A stretch of DNA of 64,000 nucleotides, taken from an uncultured Faecalibacterium sp. GTDB lineage: Bacteria > Bacillota > Clostridia > Oscillospirales > Ruminococcaceae. Made by a program: the position numbers and the translations under genes. The notes below the pieces were generated by a model, which did not search any database, had not been told where the DNA came from, and saw only the letters and a list, made by a program, of their open reading frames with translations. The stretch is from the NCBI GenBank assembly GCA_964466825.1, contig CAYXQN010000001.1, forward strand, positions 112-64,111, written 5' to 3'. Numbering within the stretch: the first letter of the stretch is position 1; every line of letters starts with the position of its first letter. Positions 38,413-47,914 of this stretch are shown here, piece after piece.

Positions 38413-39432
38413 ATGGATGAGATTCAGATCCAATTGCAGGAGCAGGAGCTGCAAAAGACCGGCAGATACTACAAGCACATCTGCTGGATGACCATCCCCC
38501 TGCTGTGCATGGCCTGTTTTTTGTACGGCCTGCGCCCTCTGGTACTGTGCGGCATTGCACTGCTCACCGGCAACCTTTGTGACCGTCTGGTGTCCCTGCT
38601 GCGTCACCGGGTCTACCAGAACAGCGACCTTTCCAACGAGAGCTTTGCGCTGCTCATTGCCCTTTTAATGCCTGCCACTGTGGACATTTATGTTCTGGTG
38701 GCTGCCGTTGTTGCGGGTGTTCTTGTTGGCAAAGAGATTTTTGGCGGCTACGGCAGCTATCCCTTCCACCCTGCCGCCGTCGGCTATGTGATCGCAGCGG
38801 TGTCCTGGCCGGAGCAGGTCCTGCTGTATCCGCAGCCCTACACGATCATCCCCCTGTGGGACACCGCCGGCATTCCCCTTTCCGCCGCATTGGAGGAGAC
38901 CCTGCGCAGCGGCGGTATGCTGAACATCAGCCCCATGGCCCTTGGCCTTGGCGAAGTTGCCGGTCCCATGGGCACCGGCGCTGCCCTGATCATTCTGGCC
39001 TGCTGCCTGTTTTTGTGGACGCAGGGCGACATCCGTCTCAGCGCTTCTTTCAGCTTTGTGCTCACCTGCGGCCTGGTAGCCTTTTTCTTCCCCCGTCAGG
39101 TGGGTCTGGCCGACACCTCCTTTTTGCTGAACTATGCCGCCCGGTTTGCCGGTGTCCGGGACGAGCTGCTCAGCGGCGCCGTCCTGTTCTGCGCTGTGTT
39201 CCTGCTCAACGAACCCTACACCTGTGCCCATCACCGGATCGGCCGTATCCTGTACGGTGTACTGGTGGGTCTGGCAAGCATGGGCTTCCGGTATTTTGGT
39301 GTATACGATACCGGCGTGTGCTTTGCACTGCTGGCGGTCAACAGCGTATCTGCCTGGATCGACCGTACCGAGCTGCAGGTGTACAAACTGCTGCACCATG
39401 GCAGCAAAAACAAAAAGGAGGCCGCACGATGA
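38413..39432 (+). CDS. RnfD/NqrB-like membrane protein, divergent (no FMN-attachment motif)
   Basis: KEIFGGYG.YPFHPAAVG, LLSG, GRILYG and FGVY..GVCFALL..N align with RnfD; the (S/T)xATPL motif is absent. Confidence 0.8.
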   Translation: MDEIQIQLQEQELQKTGRYYKHICWMTIPLLCMACFLYGLRPLVLCGIALLTGNLCDRLVSLLRHRVYQNSDLSNESFALLIALLMPATVDIYVLVAAVVAGVLVGKEIFGGYGSYPFHPAAVGYVIAAVSWPEQVLLYPQPYTIIPLWDTAGIPLSAALEETLRSGGMLNISPMALGLGEVAGPMGTGAALIILACCLFLWTQGDIRLSASFSFVLTCGLVAFFFPRQVGLADTSFLLNYAARFAGVRDELLSGAVLFCAVFLLNEPYTCAHHRIGRILYGVLVGLASMGFRYFGVYDTGVCFALLAVNSVSAWIDRTELQVYKLLHHGSKNKKEAAR

Positions 39433-40145
39433 GAAAACAGATTGCAGAACTGATCGTGCAGGACCCCGGCAAGTACGCCCACCACGACCGTATCTTTTTG
39501 AACAACCCCGTCGTCATGCAGGGCATGGGCCTGGCACCCTTGGTGGTGCTGGCTACCAGCGGTAAAAACGCTTTGCTGATGGCTGCTGCAGTGGCCCTGC
39601 TGCTTACACCGTCCCGTCTGCTGGCCTGTCTGGTCAGCAAACTGGCCCCCCTGCCGGAAGACCCTTCGCCGGAGCTTCTGGAAAAGCGGCTGCTGCCCCG
39701 GGCCATCCTTTACTGCCTGAGCACCTCGGTCGTATACCTGGCTGTCTACTGGCTGCTGAACCGTTTTTTTGGCACCGACCTGCTGAGCCTTGGCATCTAT
39801 CTGCCCATGCTGGTGGTCGAACCCCTGATGATCTATCGCTTTGGCCGTGTGCAGGAGCCTGCTTATAAGGCACTTTCCAAGGGCATCCGCATTACCCTTG
39901 GCTATGCTTTGCTTCTGATCATCGTTGGCTGCCTGCGGGAATGGCTTGCCGTCGGTTCCATGTTCGGGCTGGCGATCAGCCGCCCGGTTCTGCCTGTAGC
40001 CAGTATGCCGGCTGGCGGTTTTATCGTGCTGGGCGTTTTGTGCGCTGTCTGGCGCGCACTGGCCCAGAGCCGCCGTGATTTCCTGGAAAAAGAGGCCAAT
40101 GAAGTGCTGGCTGTGCACGGCCAGCAGGAGGAGGAACTGCAATGA
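39429..40145 (+). CDS. RnfE/NqrD-like membrane protein, divergent
   Basis: NNPVVMQGMGLAPL, SLGIYLPMLVV, GCLREWL and PAGGFIVLG align with RnfE. Confidence 0.8.
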   Translation: MRKQIAELIVQDPGKYAHHDRIFLNNPVVMQGMGLAPLVVLATSGKNALLMAAAVALLLTPSRLLACLVSKLAPLPEDPSPELLEKRLLPRAILYCLSTSVVYLAVYWLLNRFFGTDLLSLGIYLPMLVVEPLMIYRFGRVQEPAYKALSKGIRITLGYALLLIIVGCLREWLAVGSMFGLAISRPVLPVASMPAGGFIVLGVLCAVWRALAQSRRDFLEKEANEVLAVHGQQEEELQ

Positions 40146-40753
40146 GAGACGTTGTTGTGACCAGTGCGGTCTTTTTCTCCTATGCACTCCTGGCCATTTT
40201 TGCGCAAAATGCAGTATTCACCCGTGCGCTGGGCGTATCCCGCCTGGTCCAGCTGGTGGGCGATGACCGCACCAGCAGCTGGCTGTTTGGTTTTCAGCTG
40301 TGCATCACCCAGCTGTGCGTTGCGCCGCTGGCCTGGTGGGCCGGCAGCTTTATCGCTTCGCTGGAAAACCGCGCACAACTGCGGCCGCTGGTCTATGTGC
40401 TCTGCATCGTTGCCGTCTGTGCCGTGGAACACGGTATCCTGTGGTTTTGCAAGGCACTGCCCCACCGCAGTGCTCTGCTGCGCATCGTTCCGCTTGCAGG
40501 CCTGAACAGCTGTGTGCTGGGCACCGTGCTTGTGGAGCGCACCCAGAGCTTTACCCTGGGACAGTCTTTGGGCTTTGGCTTTGGCAGCGGCGTGGGTTAT
40601 ATCCTGGCCGTGCTCCTGATCACTGAGGCCCGCACCCGCCTGCGCAGCCCTGCCATCCCCCGGACGTTCCGCGGCCTGCCCATCACTCTGGTATATATCG
40701 GCGTGCTGGCACTGGCCATCTATGGCTTTACCGGCCATGCTGTGATCCTGTAA
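40142..40753 (+). CDS. RnfA/NqrE-like membrane protein, divergent
   Basis: QNAVFTRALGVS, PLAGLNSCVLG and RL....IP..FRGLPITL..IG..ALAIYGF align with RnfA. Confidence 0.82.
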   Translation: MRDVVVTSAVFFSYALLAIFAQNAVFTRALGVSRLVQLVGDDRTSSWLFGFQLCITQLCVAPLAWWAGSFIASLENRAQLRPLVYVLCIVAVCAVEHGILWFCKALPHRSALLRIVPLAGLNSCVLGTVLVERTQSFTLGQSLGFGFGSGVGYILAVLLITEARTRLRSPAIPRTFRGLPITLVYIGVLALAIYGFTGHAVIL

Positions 40754-40776
40754 CTATCGGCTGGAGGGAAAATACG

Positions 40777-41886
40777 ATGGCAAAATACAAACGCAAAAAA
40801 GTCAAGCGCTACCACCGCAGCTTTTACACCGGCACTGCCCGGATCCGGCTTGTTGCCGGCATCCTTCTGCTGCTGGTGGTGGTTCTTGGTGCTGCATGGT
40901 TTGCAGCACCCCATGTTCTGGACTGGGCGACCCACACCTGGTATACCGTGGTAAAGGGCCGCGATCTGGCTGCAGAAGCCTCTTCGGCGGTTTCTTCGGC
41001 AGCTTCCCAGGTGCAGAACGAGGCTGCAGCCTCCTCCAGTACTGCCGAACCGGTGGACCCGCAGCCCGAACCGCAGCCGGAGCCCTTGGACGGCAAAGCC
41101 ATGGACAAGGGCAGCTGGACTGTGCTGGACCGCAGTCTGCTGACCGACGAGGACAGCATTACGGCCGCTGCCCGGCAGCTGGCACAGCAGGGCACTGCCT
41201 ACGCCCTGATCACCTTTAAGGACGAAAGCGGCAGCATCTATTATGCTTCTGCTGTGGCCAATGCCGCAGACAGTATTGCAGAGCAGACGGTGGACGCAGG
41301 CCGCATCGCCGCCCTGCTGCGGCAGCAGGGCATTATCCCTGTGGCACAGCTCTGTGCCTTCCAGGACCCGGTCGCTGCATACACCGACCGCAGCATGGCC
41401 ATCCACTACAGTGCGGAGATGCTCTGGCTGGACAACGTCAGTGCAGCAGCAGGCGGCAAGCCCTGGCTCAACCCTTATGCGGACAGTGCTGTTCAGTTTG
41501 TGGGCGACCTGGTGGAGGAGCTGCGGGACCTGGGCTACGAACAGATGGTCCTGACCGGAGTGCAGTTCCCCAAATATATCAGCGCCAAACAGGATTTTGG
41601 CGCCACCAATGGCAAGGGCCGTGCGGCCCAGCTCCAGGCGGACATTGCCGCCTGGCAGCAACGCTTTGGCGACAGTGTTGTTCTGTGGCTGAGTTACCCG
41701 CTCCAGCAGTGCACCACCGCCAGCAACGCACTGGAAGTGCCCGCTGTGCAGCTGGGCATGACCCATCTGCTTGCAACTGCAGATGATCCTCTGGATGCTG
41801 CGGCCCGCAGCAGACTGGAACAGGCTGCCGCCGCTGCCGGCATCCAGCATCTGGTGATCCGCCAGGATCCCAGCGATTTTCAGTAA
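40777..41886 (+). CDS. Membrane-anchored putative glycoside hydrolase (DUF4015-like TIM barrel)
   Basis: Basic N-terminus plus TM helix; FKDESG.IYY, GIIPVAQLCAFQD, WLNPY and LGYEQMVLTGVQFP motifs. Confidence 0.7.
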   Translation: MAKYKRKKVKRYHRSFYTGTARIRLVAGILLLLVVVLGAAWFAAPHVLDWATHTWYTVVKGRDLAAEASSAVSSAASQVQNEAAASSSTAEPVDPQPEPQPEPLDGKAMDKGSWTVLDRSLLTDEDSITAAARQLAQQGTAYALITFKDESGSIYYASAVANAADSIAEQTVDAGRIAALLRQQGIIPVAQLCAFQDPVAAYTDRSMAIHYSAEMLWLDNVSAAAGGKPWLNPYADSAVQFVGDLVEELRDLGYEQMVLTGVQFPKYISAKQDFGATNGKGRAAQLQADIAAWQQRFGDSVVLWLSYPLQQCTTASNALEVPAVQLGMTHLLATADDPLDAAARSRLEQAAAAAGIQHLVIRQDPSDFQ

Positions 41887-41935
41887 GCGATCGTTCGACG
41901 CATCTGCGCCTTTTTGTGAGAGTGAGGAATGAATC

Positions 41936-43228
41936 ATGAACCAGACATCCTGCTTTACACCCGCATCGATCCTTCTGCCTGACGAGCGCATCCCTCTGGA
42001 ACAGTGGGGCTGCATCGCCTGCGACCAGTTTACCAGTGACCTGGCCTACTGGCAGCGTGCTCAGCAGACCGCTGCCGGCAGCCCCAGCACGCTGGACCTG
42101 ATCCTGCCGGAGGTCTATCTGGAAGAAGGCGATGTGGACCAACGGGTCCAGACGATCCACTCTGCCATGGACACCGCCCTGCGCGAGGTGTTGACCCGCA
42201 CGGTCAATGGCTTTGTTTATGTAGAGCGCACCGAGCAGAGCGGCCGGATCCGGCAGGGCCTTGTGGGCAAAGTCGATCTGGAAAGCTACAACTTCCGCCC
42301 GGGCGCAGGCTGTGCGGTGCGCCCCAGCGAACGCACTGTAGAAAGCCGCATCCCTCCCCGCATGAAGGTCCGCACCGGTGCCGCACTGGAAACGCCGCAT
42401 ATCATGATGCTGGCCGATGACCCGGACTGCACTGTGGTGGAACCCATTGCTGCCCACAAGGCGGATCTGCCCAAGTTGTACGAGGGCGAGCTGATGCTGG
42501 GCGGCGGCCATATTGCAGGCTGGGCAGTGGAAGACCCTGCCCTGCTGGAGCAGGTGCAGCAGGCTCTGGCCATCCTTGGCTCTGAACAGACCATGCTCCA
42601 GCGGTATCCACAGGCAAAAGGCCGTGCACCCCTGACCCTTGCGGTGGGCGACGGCAACCATTCGCTGGCTACGGCCAAGGCCTGCTGGGAGGAATTGAAA
42701 AAGACCCTTACCCCCGAACAGGCCGAGACGCATCCGGCACGCTGGTGCCTTGCTGAGCTTTGCAATGTACATTCCCCCGCCATCGAGATCGAGCCCATCC
42801 ATCGGGTTCTGTTCAATGCAGACTGCACCTCGGTCCTGCTGAGTCTGATGCGCTGGAGCGATGAAAACATGACCGGCATCTGCTTTGGACGCGAAAAGAA
42901 GCAGCCCTTCAAGCTGGCCGGCCCCCGCATGACCAACGACCTCTGCTTTGAGGACCCCACTGCCACCCTGACCGTAGGCACCATCGACGAATTTATCGAA
43001 TATTTCCTTGAGCGCCATCCGGAGGCCAAGGTGGACTATGTCCACGACGAGCCGGCTGTGCGCGCATTGTGCCAGAAAGGCGCTGTTGCCTTTTTGATGC
43101 CGCCCTTTGCCAAGAGCGACCTGTTCAAAGGCGTTGTGCTGGGCGGCGTGCTGCCCCGCAAGACCTTTAGCATGGGGCACGCCGAGGAAAAACGTTACTA
43201 CCTCGAGTGCCGTAAGATCATAGAATGA
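41936..43228 (+). CDS. DUF1015 family protein
   Basis: IACDQFTS, E.T...R...R, AVGDGNHSLATAK and LPRKTFSMG motifs. Confidence 0.85.
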   Translation: MNQTSCFTPASILLPDERIPLEQWGCIACDQFTSDLAYWQRAQQTAAGSPSTLDLILPEVYLEEGDVDQRVQTIHSAMDTALREVLTRTVNGFVYVERTEQSGRIRQGLVGKVDLESYNFRPGAGCAVRPSERTVESRIPPRMKVRTGAALETPHIMMLADDPDCTVVEPIAAHKADLPKLYEGELMLGGGHIAGWAVEDPALLEQVQQALAILGSEQTMLQRYPQAKGRAPLTLAVGDGNHSLATAKACWEELKKTLTPEQAETHPARWCLAELCNVHSPAIEIEPIHRVLFNADCTSVLLSLMRWSDENMTGICFGREKKQPFKLAGPRMTNDLCFEDPTATLTVGTIDEFIEYFLERHPEAKVDYVHDEPAVRALCQKGAVAFLMPPFAKSDLFKGVVLGGVLPRKTFSMGHAEEKRYYLECRKIIE

Positions 43229-43240
43229 CCTAGGAGTATA

Positions 43241-45229
43241 ATGACATTTAACGAACTGAATCTTTCCGCCCCGCTCCTGCGCGCTGTGCAGGAAGCCGGC
43301 TACGAGACCCCGTCCCCCATTCAGGCAGCGGCTATCCCGCCGGTGCTGGCCGGCCGGGATCTGATGGGCTGTGCCCAGACCGGCACCGGCAAAACGGCAG
43401 CCTTTGCGCTGCCCATGCTGGACCGCCTGACCGCCGCACAGCCCCGCAAACAGGGTGCCGTCCGTGCCCTGATCCTGACCCCCACCCGTGAGCTGGCCCT
43501 GCAGATCGGCGACAGCTTTGCGGCCTACAGCAAGTATCTGCATCTGCGCAGCGCCGTCATCTTTGGCGGTGTTGGTCAGGCACCGCAGGTCGAGACCCTG
43601 AAAAAAGGTGTCGATATCCTCATCGCCTGCCCGGGCCGTCTGAACGACCTGATCGGTCAGGGCCATGTTGACCTGTCGGACCTTGAGATCTTTGTTCTGG
43701 ACGAAGCCGACCGTATGCTGGACATGGGTTTTGTCCACGACGTCAAAAAGGTGATCGCAAAGCTGCCCCAAAAGCGGCAGAACCTGATGTTCAGCGCCAC
43801 AATGCCCACGGAGATCGAGCAGCTTGCCGCCGGCATCCTGCACGACCCTGCCTTTGTCAAAGTAGACCCGGTCTCCAGCACGGTAGAGCGGATCCAGCAG
43901 ACTCTTTATCATGTAGAAAAAGGCAACAAAAAGCTGTTGCTGCCCTGGCTGATCAAAAAGTTGGACCCTCCGGTGATCAACGCCCTGGTCTTCAGCCGTA
44001 CCAAATACGGCGCTGATAAGATCGCCAAGGACCTGACCAAGCAGGGCATCCCCGCTGCTGCCATCCACGGCAATAAAAGCCAGACCGCCCGTGTTACCGC
44101 CCTGGAAAATTTCAAGGCCGGCAAAACCCGTGTGCTGGTGGCCACCGACATTGCAGCCCGGGGCATCGATATCAGCGAGCTGAGCCATGTGTTCAACTAC
44201 GATCTGCCGGAAGTGCCTGAAACCTACGTCCACCGCATTGGCCGCACCGCCCGTGCCGGAGCCGATGGCACTGCCATCAGCTTCTGTGCCCCGGAGGAAC
44301 AGGAATATTTGGCCGGCATTGAAAAGCTCAACCGCCGCAAGATCCCGGTGATCTCCGGCCATCCCTGGGACGGTGTGCCCGCCCCGGTCAAAACAGCCCC
44401 GCCGGTACGGGGCCGCAAACCCAAAGCGGAAGCACAGCCCGCTGCTGTGCCCGCCAAGCCCGAAACCAAGGCTGCCCCGGCAAAGCCTGCCGCAGCGCTG
44501 CCGACCGAACATCAACAAGAGGAACGATCCATGGAAAATACCAAACGCAATCCCGGCAGCCGCAATGACGGCCGCCGTTCCAATAATAACCGCCGCCCCC
44601 GTCAGGAAGCCGGCAATCCCCCCGCACGGGGCAGCAATGCACAGCCCAAATTTGACCCCCACTTTGTCACCGCACCGGAGGCCACGCCCCTGCGTCCGGC
44701 CAAAAAGGCCCCCGCACAGCCTGCTGCTCCTGCCGCACGCGCACCGCAGAACAACCAGAACGCAGCTGCCGCCCAGACTCCGTCCGCTGCACAGAACAAG
44801 AACCGTTCCAATCAAAAGGCGTCCTCTGCTGCCCGCAGTGCACAGCCTGCCCGCGGCAACCGCCAGGAGCGCCCCGCTCAGAAGAACAACAATCCGTCCG
44901 CTTCCGGCAGCAATTCCAAACAGAACCGCAGTGCCGAGCGCGCCCCCCGCAGCAACGAGCGCAGTGACCGTGCCCGCAATGCGGCCCGTGTGGAGCAGAT
45001 GCTGCAGAAAAACCAGGCTGCCAGCCGCAACGCACAGCCTGCCCGCAGCCAGAATGCCCCCCGCACCAAAGAGCAGCCTGTCCGCAGCCGTCGTAGCGCC
45101 CGGGATGACGATCCGGGTCTGGTGCTGATCAGCCGCCGCCCGCCGCAGCAGAAGTTCACCAGCTTTGAGGAGTATATGAGCGCCCATGGCGGCGCTACCG
45201 CTCCCATCGAGGATCATAGCGAAGAATGA
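43241..45229 (+). CDS. DEAD-box RNA helicase (RhlE-like) with a long basic disordered tail
   Basis: Q motif, [26 protein letters not shown] and HRIGRTAR motifs. Confidence 0.95.
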   Translation: MTFNELNLSAPLLRAVQEAGYETPSPIQAAAIPPVLAGRDLMGCAQTGTGKTAAFALPMLDRLTAAQPRKQGAVRALILTPTRELALQIGDSFAAYSKYLHLRSAVIFGGVGQAPQVETLKKGVDILIACPGRLNDLIGQGHVDLSDLEIFVLDEADRMLDMGFVHDVKKVIAKLPQKRQNLMFSATMPTEIEQLAAGILHDPAFVKVDPVSSTVERIQQTLYHVEKGNKKLLLPWLIKKLDPPVINALVFSRTKYGADKIAKDLTKQGIPAAAIHGNKSQTARVTALENFKAGKTRVLVATDIAARGIDISELSHVFNYDLPEVPETYVHRIGRTARAGADGTAISFCAPEEQEYLAGIEKLNRRKIPVISGHPWDGVPAPVKTAPPVRGRKPKAEAQPAAVPAKPETKAAPAKPAAALPTEHQQEERSMENTKRNPGSRNDGRRSNNNRRPRQEAGNPPARGSNAQPKFDPHFVTAPEATPLRPAKKAPAQPAAPAARAPQNNQNAAAAQTPSAAQNKNRSNQKASSAARSAQPARGNRQERPAQKNNNPSASGSNSKQNRSAERAPRSNERSDRARNAARVEQMLQKNQAASRNAQPARSQNAPRTKEQPVRSRRSARDDDPGLVLISRRPPQQKFTSFEEYMSAHGGATAPIEDHSEE

Positions 45230-46071
45230 GCACAATCTTGCACACCCCCTGGCAGTGTCCCCTGTGTGGTGCGCCATTGACCGGCGACACCACCTTGAAG
45301 TGTCCCAAAGGCCACAGCTTTGACCGCGCCAAAGAGGGCTATTGGCACCTTTTGCCGGTGCAGAGCATGCGCACCAAAGCCCCCGGCGACAGCAAGGAGA
45401 TGGTCGCCGCCCGCCGTTCCTTTTTGAATGCGGGCTACTATGCCATCTTTGGTCAGGCGCTGGCAGAGATCTGCCAACAGTATGGCGTTCCTGCGGCTTC
45501 CGACGAGCCTCTTCATCTGCTGGATGCCGGCTGCGGCGAGGGCTGGTACGACCGCTGCATTGCACACCAGTTTGAGCAGTCCGGCCTGCCGCTGGCACTG
45601 GCCGGCTTTGACATCGCCAAACCCGCTGTCCGGCTGGCTGCCAAGGCACTGCCCACCGCACAGTATGCAGTTGCTTCCAGCTTCAGTCAGCCTGTGCGCA
45701 CCGGCTGGGCCGACCTGCTGTTGAACTGTTTTTCGCCGTTTGCACAGGAGGAGTTCACCCGTGTTCTGCGGCCCGGCGGACGCATGATCTATGTAGTGCC
45801 CGGTGCCGAGCACCTTTACCAGATGAAGGCCGTCCTGTACGAAAAGCCCTATAAAAACCCGGTGCAGCAGGTGGAATACCCTGGCTTTACCGCCATTGCA
45901 CAGCGGGAGGTCAGCGGCACGATCACCGTGCCCGCCGCTCAGTTGGAGGCCCTGTTCGCCATGACTCCTTATTACTGGAAAACGCCCCGGGATGGTGCCG
46001 CACGGCTTGCCGCCCTGCCGGAGTTGACCACTGAGATCTCATTCCGCTTTCTTGTATTTGAAAAGCAGTAA
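45226..46071 (+). CDS. RlmA-like rRNA (guanine-N1) methyltransferase
   Basis: CPLC...C.KGHSFD zinc finger, [15 protein letters not shown] and MTPYYW motifs. Confidence 0.85.
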   Translation: MSTILHTPWQCPLCGAPLTGDTTLKCPKGHSFDRAKEGYWHLLPVQSMRTKAPGDSKEMVAARRSFLNAGYYAIFGQALAEICQQYGVPAASDEPLHLLDAGCGEGWYDRCIAHQFEQSGLPLALAGFDIAKPAVRLAAKALPTAQYAVASSFSQPVRTGWADLLLNCFSPFAQEEFTRVLRPGGRMIYVVPGAEHLYQMKAVLYEKPYKNPVQQVEYPGFTAIAQREVSGTITVPAAQLEALFAMTPYYWKTPRDGAARLAALPELTTEISFRFLVFEKQ

Positions 46072-46138
46072 CTTCCTCAAACAAAAAGCATCCGCTGCCT
46101 TCCCATTGTCCTTGGGAACCGCCGCGGATGCTTCTTTT

Positions 46139-46966
46139 TTAGTCCGATCTCTCCTGCGCAGGCAGAGCATAGGCTTCTACCGTGACCGGGCCATTGGCCA
46201 AAAATTCCAGGATCCGTTCCAGCTCTGCATAATCCAATGCGGTAAGGTCGGTCAGAAAGCCGGAGCTTTCGCGCCGCAGAGCTGCCGGAAGTGTCGCGGG
46301 CAAAAGCTCTATCGACTGCCGGAAAAACGCATCCCACACCGTGGCACGCACTGCTGCTGTGTGCTGGGGCTGAACTGCCGTGTCCGCATCCAGTGCAGAC
46401 AACAGCCGTTGGACATCGGCTGCCAGCATCGCCTGCACCGCTCCGCTCTGCCCGCAGCGCTCCAGTTCTTCAGCGGTCAACGCTCCCGTCAGGCTGACCC
46501 GCAGTGCGCCATAGCGGTCAGCAATGGTCTGCAGCACCGTTGCAGACAGCGCCAGATAATGCGTATCTTCCGGCAGCGGCATCCCCTGCGCCAGCGCCTG
46601 CCGGCAGCGGGCCGGCCCTGCCGCCCGGTAACATTCTGCCAGGCTGGTCTGTGCCTGCGCAAATTCCACCTGCAGCTGTGCCGGAATGCTCAGCACTGCG
46701 ATGTGCCGGGCTGCAGCGTCCAACTCGATCAGCACAAACCCCGGCAGCCCTTCCGGCTGTTCCGGCACCGTGCACACCAGCACGGCCATACGGTCCTCGG
46801 CATCTGCCGTGTGCACCGGCACCCCGCTCTGGCTTTGTGCTGCCTGCCGCAGCTGCCGGGTCAGCTGCTGACGGCTCAACAGCACTGTACCGCCTACCAG
46901 CGGCAGCAGCACCAGCAGCGCCGCACCCAGCGATGCCCAAAAAGGCTTCCACCCTCCATTGCGCAT
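46139..46966 (-). CDS. Membrane-anchored LytR/CpsA/Psr (LCP)-like protein, degenerate
   Basis: N-terminal TM; FVLIELD....IAVLSIP and TDLT..D patterns of the LCP fold; the SIPRD arginine is absent. Confidence 0.55.
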   Translation of the reverse strand: MRNGGWKPFWASLGAALLVLLPLVGGTVLLSRQQLTRQLRQAAQSQSGVPVHTADAEDRMAVLVCTVPEQPEGLPGFVLIELDAAARHIAVLSIPAQLQVEFAQAQTSLAECYRAAGPARCRQALAQGMPLPEDTHYLALSATVLQTIADRYGALRVSLTGALTAEELERCGQSGAVQAMLAADVQRLLSALDADTAVQPQHTAAVRATVWDAFFRQSIELLPATLPAALRRESSGFLTDLTALDYAELERILEFLANGPVTVEAYALPAQERSD

Positions 46967-47082
46967 CCTTGCCGACCATCCTTTCCTGTCCTTCTTGCAA
47001 AAGGATGGCCCCAAATCCGCCCGGTTATTCAGCTCAGACACAAAAGAGGCATCGCCATTCCGGCAATGCCTCTTTACAGTTC

Positions 47083-47757
47083 TTACATTTGTACCTTTGT
47101 CTCACGGGGCAGCAGCTTTGCCCGTTCCAGCGCCGGGCGCAGTGCGAGATACAGGATGACCACGCAAACTGTAGAGGCCACACTGTTAAAAAACGTAACA
47201 CCGCCCGCAACCTTGGTCAGCGCCTGCGCCACCGTGTATTCCTGCCCAAAAATATACACATTGCGGAAATAGCCCAGCAGCGGATCGGTAAGCACATTCA
47301 GCAGCAGACCCGAAGCTGCACTTACCGTTACCTTTGCCAGATAGCCCGGGCTGTTCTTTTCCAGACGGCGCAGTCTGAACACCTTGTGTGCCACCGTGCC
47401 GCAGGCAATGCCAATGATGAACTTGAGCACAAAAGTGGTCACTGCATAGCCCGGATCCCCAGCCAGGATATCTGCCAATGCCAAACCCATCGCACCTGCC
47501 AGCCCGCCGGACACGCCATCCAGCAGCAGCGCCGTCAGAGCCGTAAAGGTATTGCCCAGGTGAAACGAGGAGCCGCCATAGAACGGCACCCGGAAAAACA
47601 GATACGCCACCAGGCTGAGTGCCGCCATCACGCCCGTAAGTGCCAGCTCATGGACCGTGAAGGTACGCTTGTACATCACACTGGCAAACACGATGACGAT
47701 GATCACAACGATCAGCAACAGCCACATTGCAGCTGCAGACATCAAGATCCCTCCCAT
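47083..47757 (-). CDS. ECF transporter S component (possibly for vitamin B6)
   Basis: LALTGVMAAL, FHLGN and G.ALADI..G...YA..TF..K motifs; divergent from a PdxR-like gene. Confidence 0.82.
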   Translation of the reverse strand: MGGILMSAAAMWLLLIVVIIVIVFASVMYKRTFTVHELALTGVMAALSLVAYLFFRVPFYGGSSFHLGNTFTALTALLLDGVSGGLAGAMGLALADILAGDPGYAVTTFVLKFIIGIACGTVAHKVFRLRRLEKNSPGYLAKVTVSAASGLLLNVLTDPLLGYFRNVYIFGQEYTVAQALTKVAGGVTFFNSVASTVCVVILYLALRPALERAKLLPRETKVQM

Positions 47758-47825
47758 TCAACTGTATCCCCGCAAAGCCGGGGATCCTTCTTGACATTTT
47801 ACTCTCCACCAGGTATGCTCCTATT

Positions 47826-47883
47826 ATACCCATAACTGATACCATGAAAATACCCAGAATATAGTTTTTTTATGGGTTCAGTT
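47826..47883. promoter_or_regulatory. Candidate MocR/PdxR operator
   Basis: Inverted repeat AACTGATACCATGAAAA...TTTTATGGGTTCAGTT (47834-47883) plus ATACC(C)A direct repeats in the divergent intergenic region. Confidence 0.55.
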
Positions 47884-47914
47884 TTACAAATCATCCAAAC
47901 AGGAGGAGGCTTTT

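Noticed and set aside
38413-40753. Calling these genes canonical rnfD/rnfE/rnfA
   Set aside because: The cofactor ligands are substituted and rnfC/G/B are absent, so the gene symbols were withheld.
41579-45661. 1360-aa minus-strand ORF, and similar long ORFs such as 34563..37439(-), 1867..4197(-), 58029..60296(-), 6282..8327(+) and 9554..11245(+)
   Set aside because: They are antisense shadows of well-supported genes, caused by GC-rich codon bias. They have no recognisable motifs or RBS.
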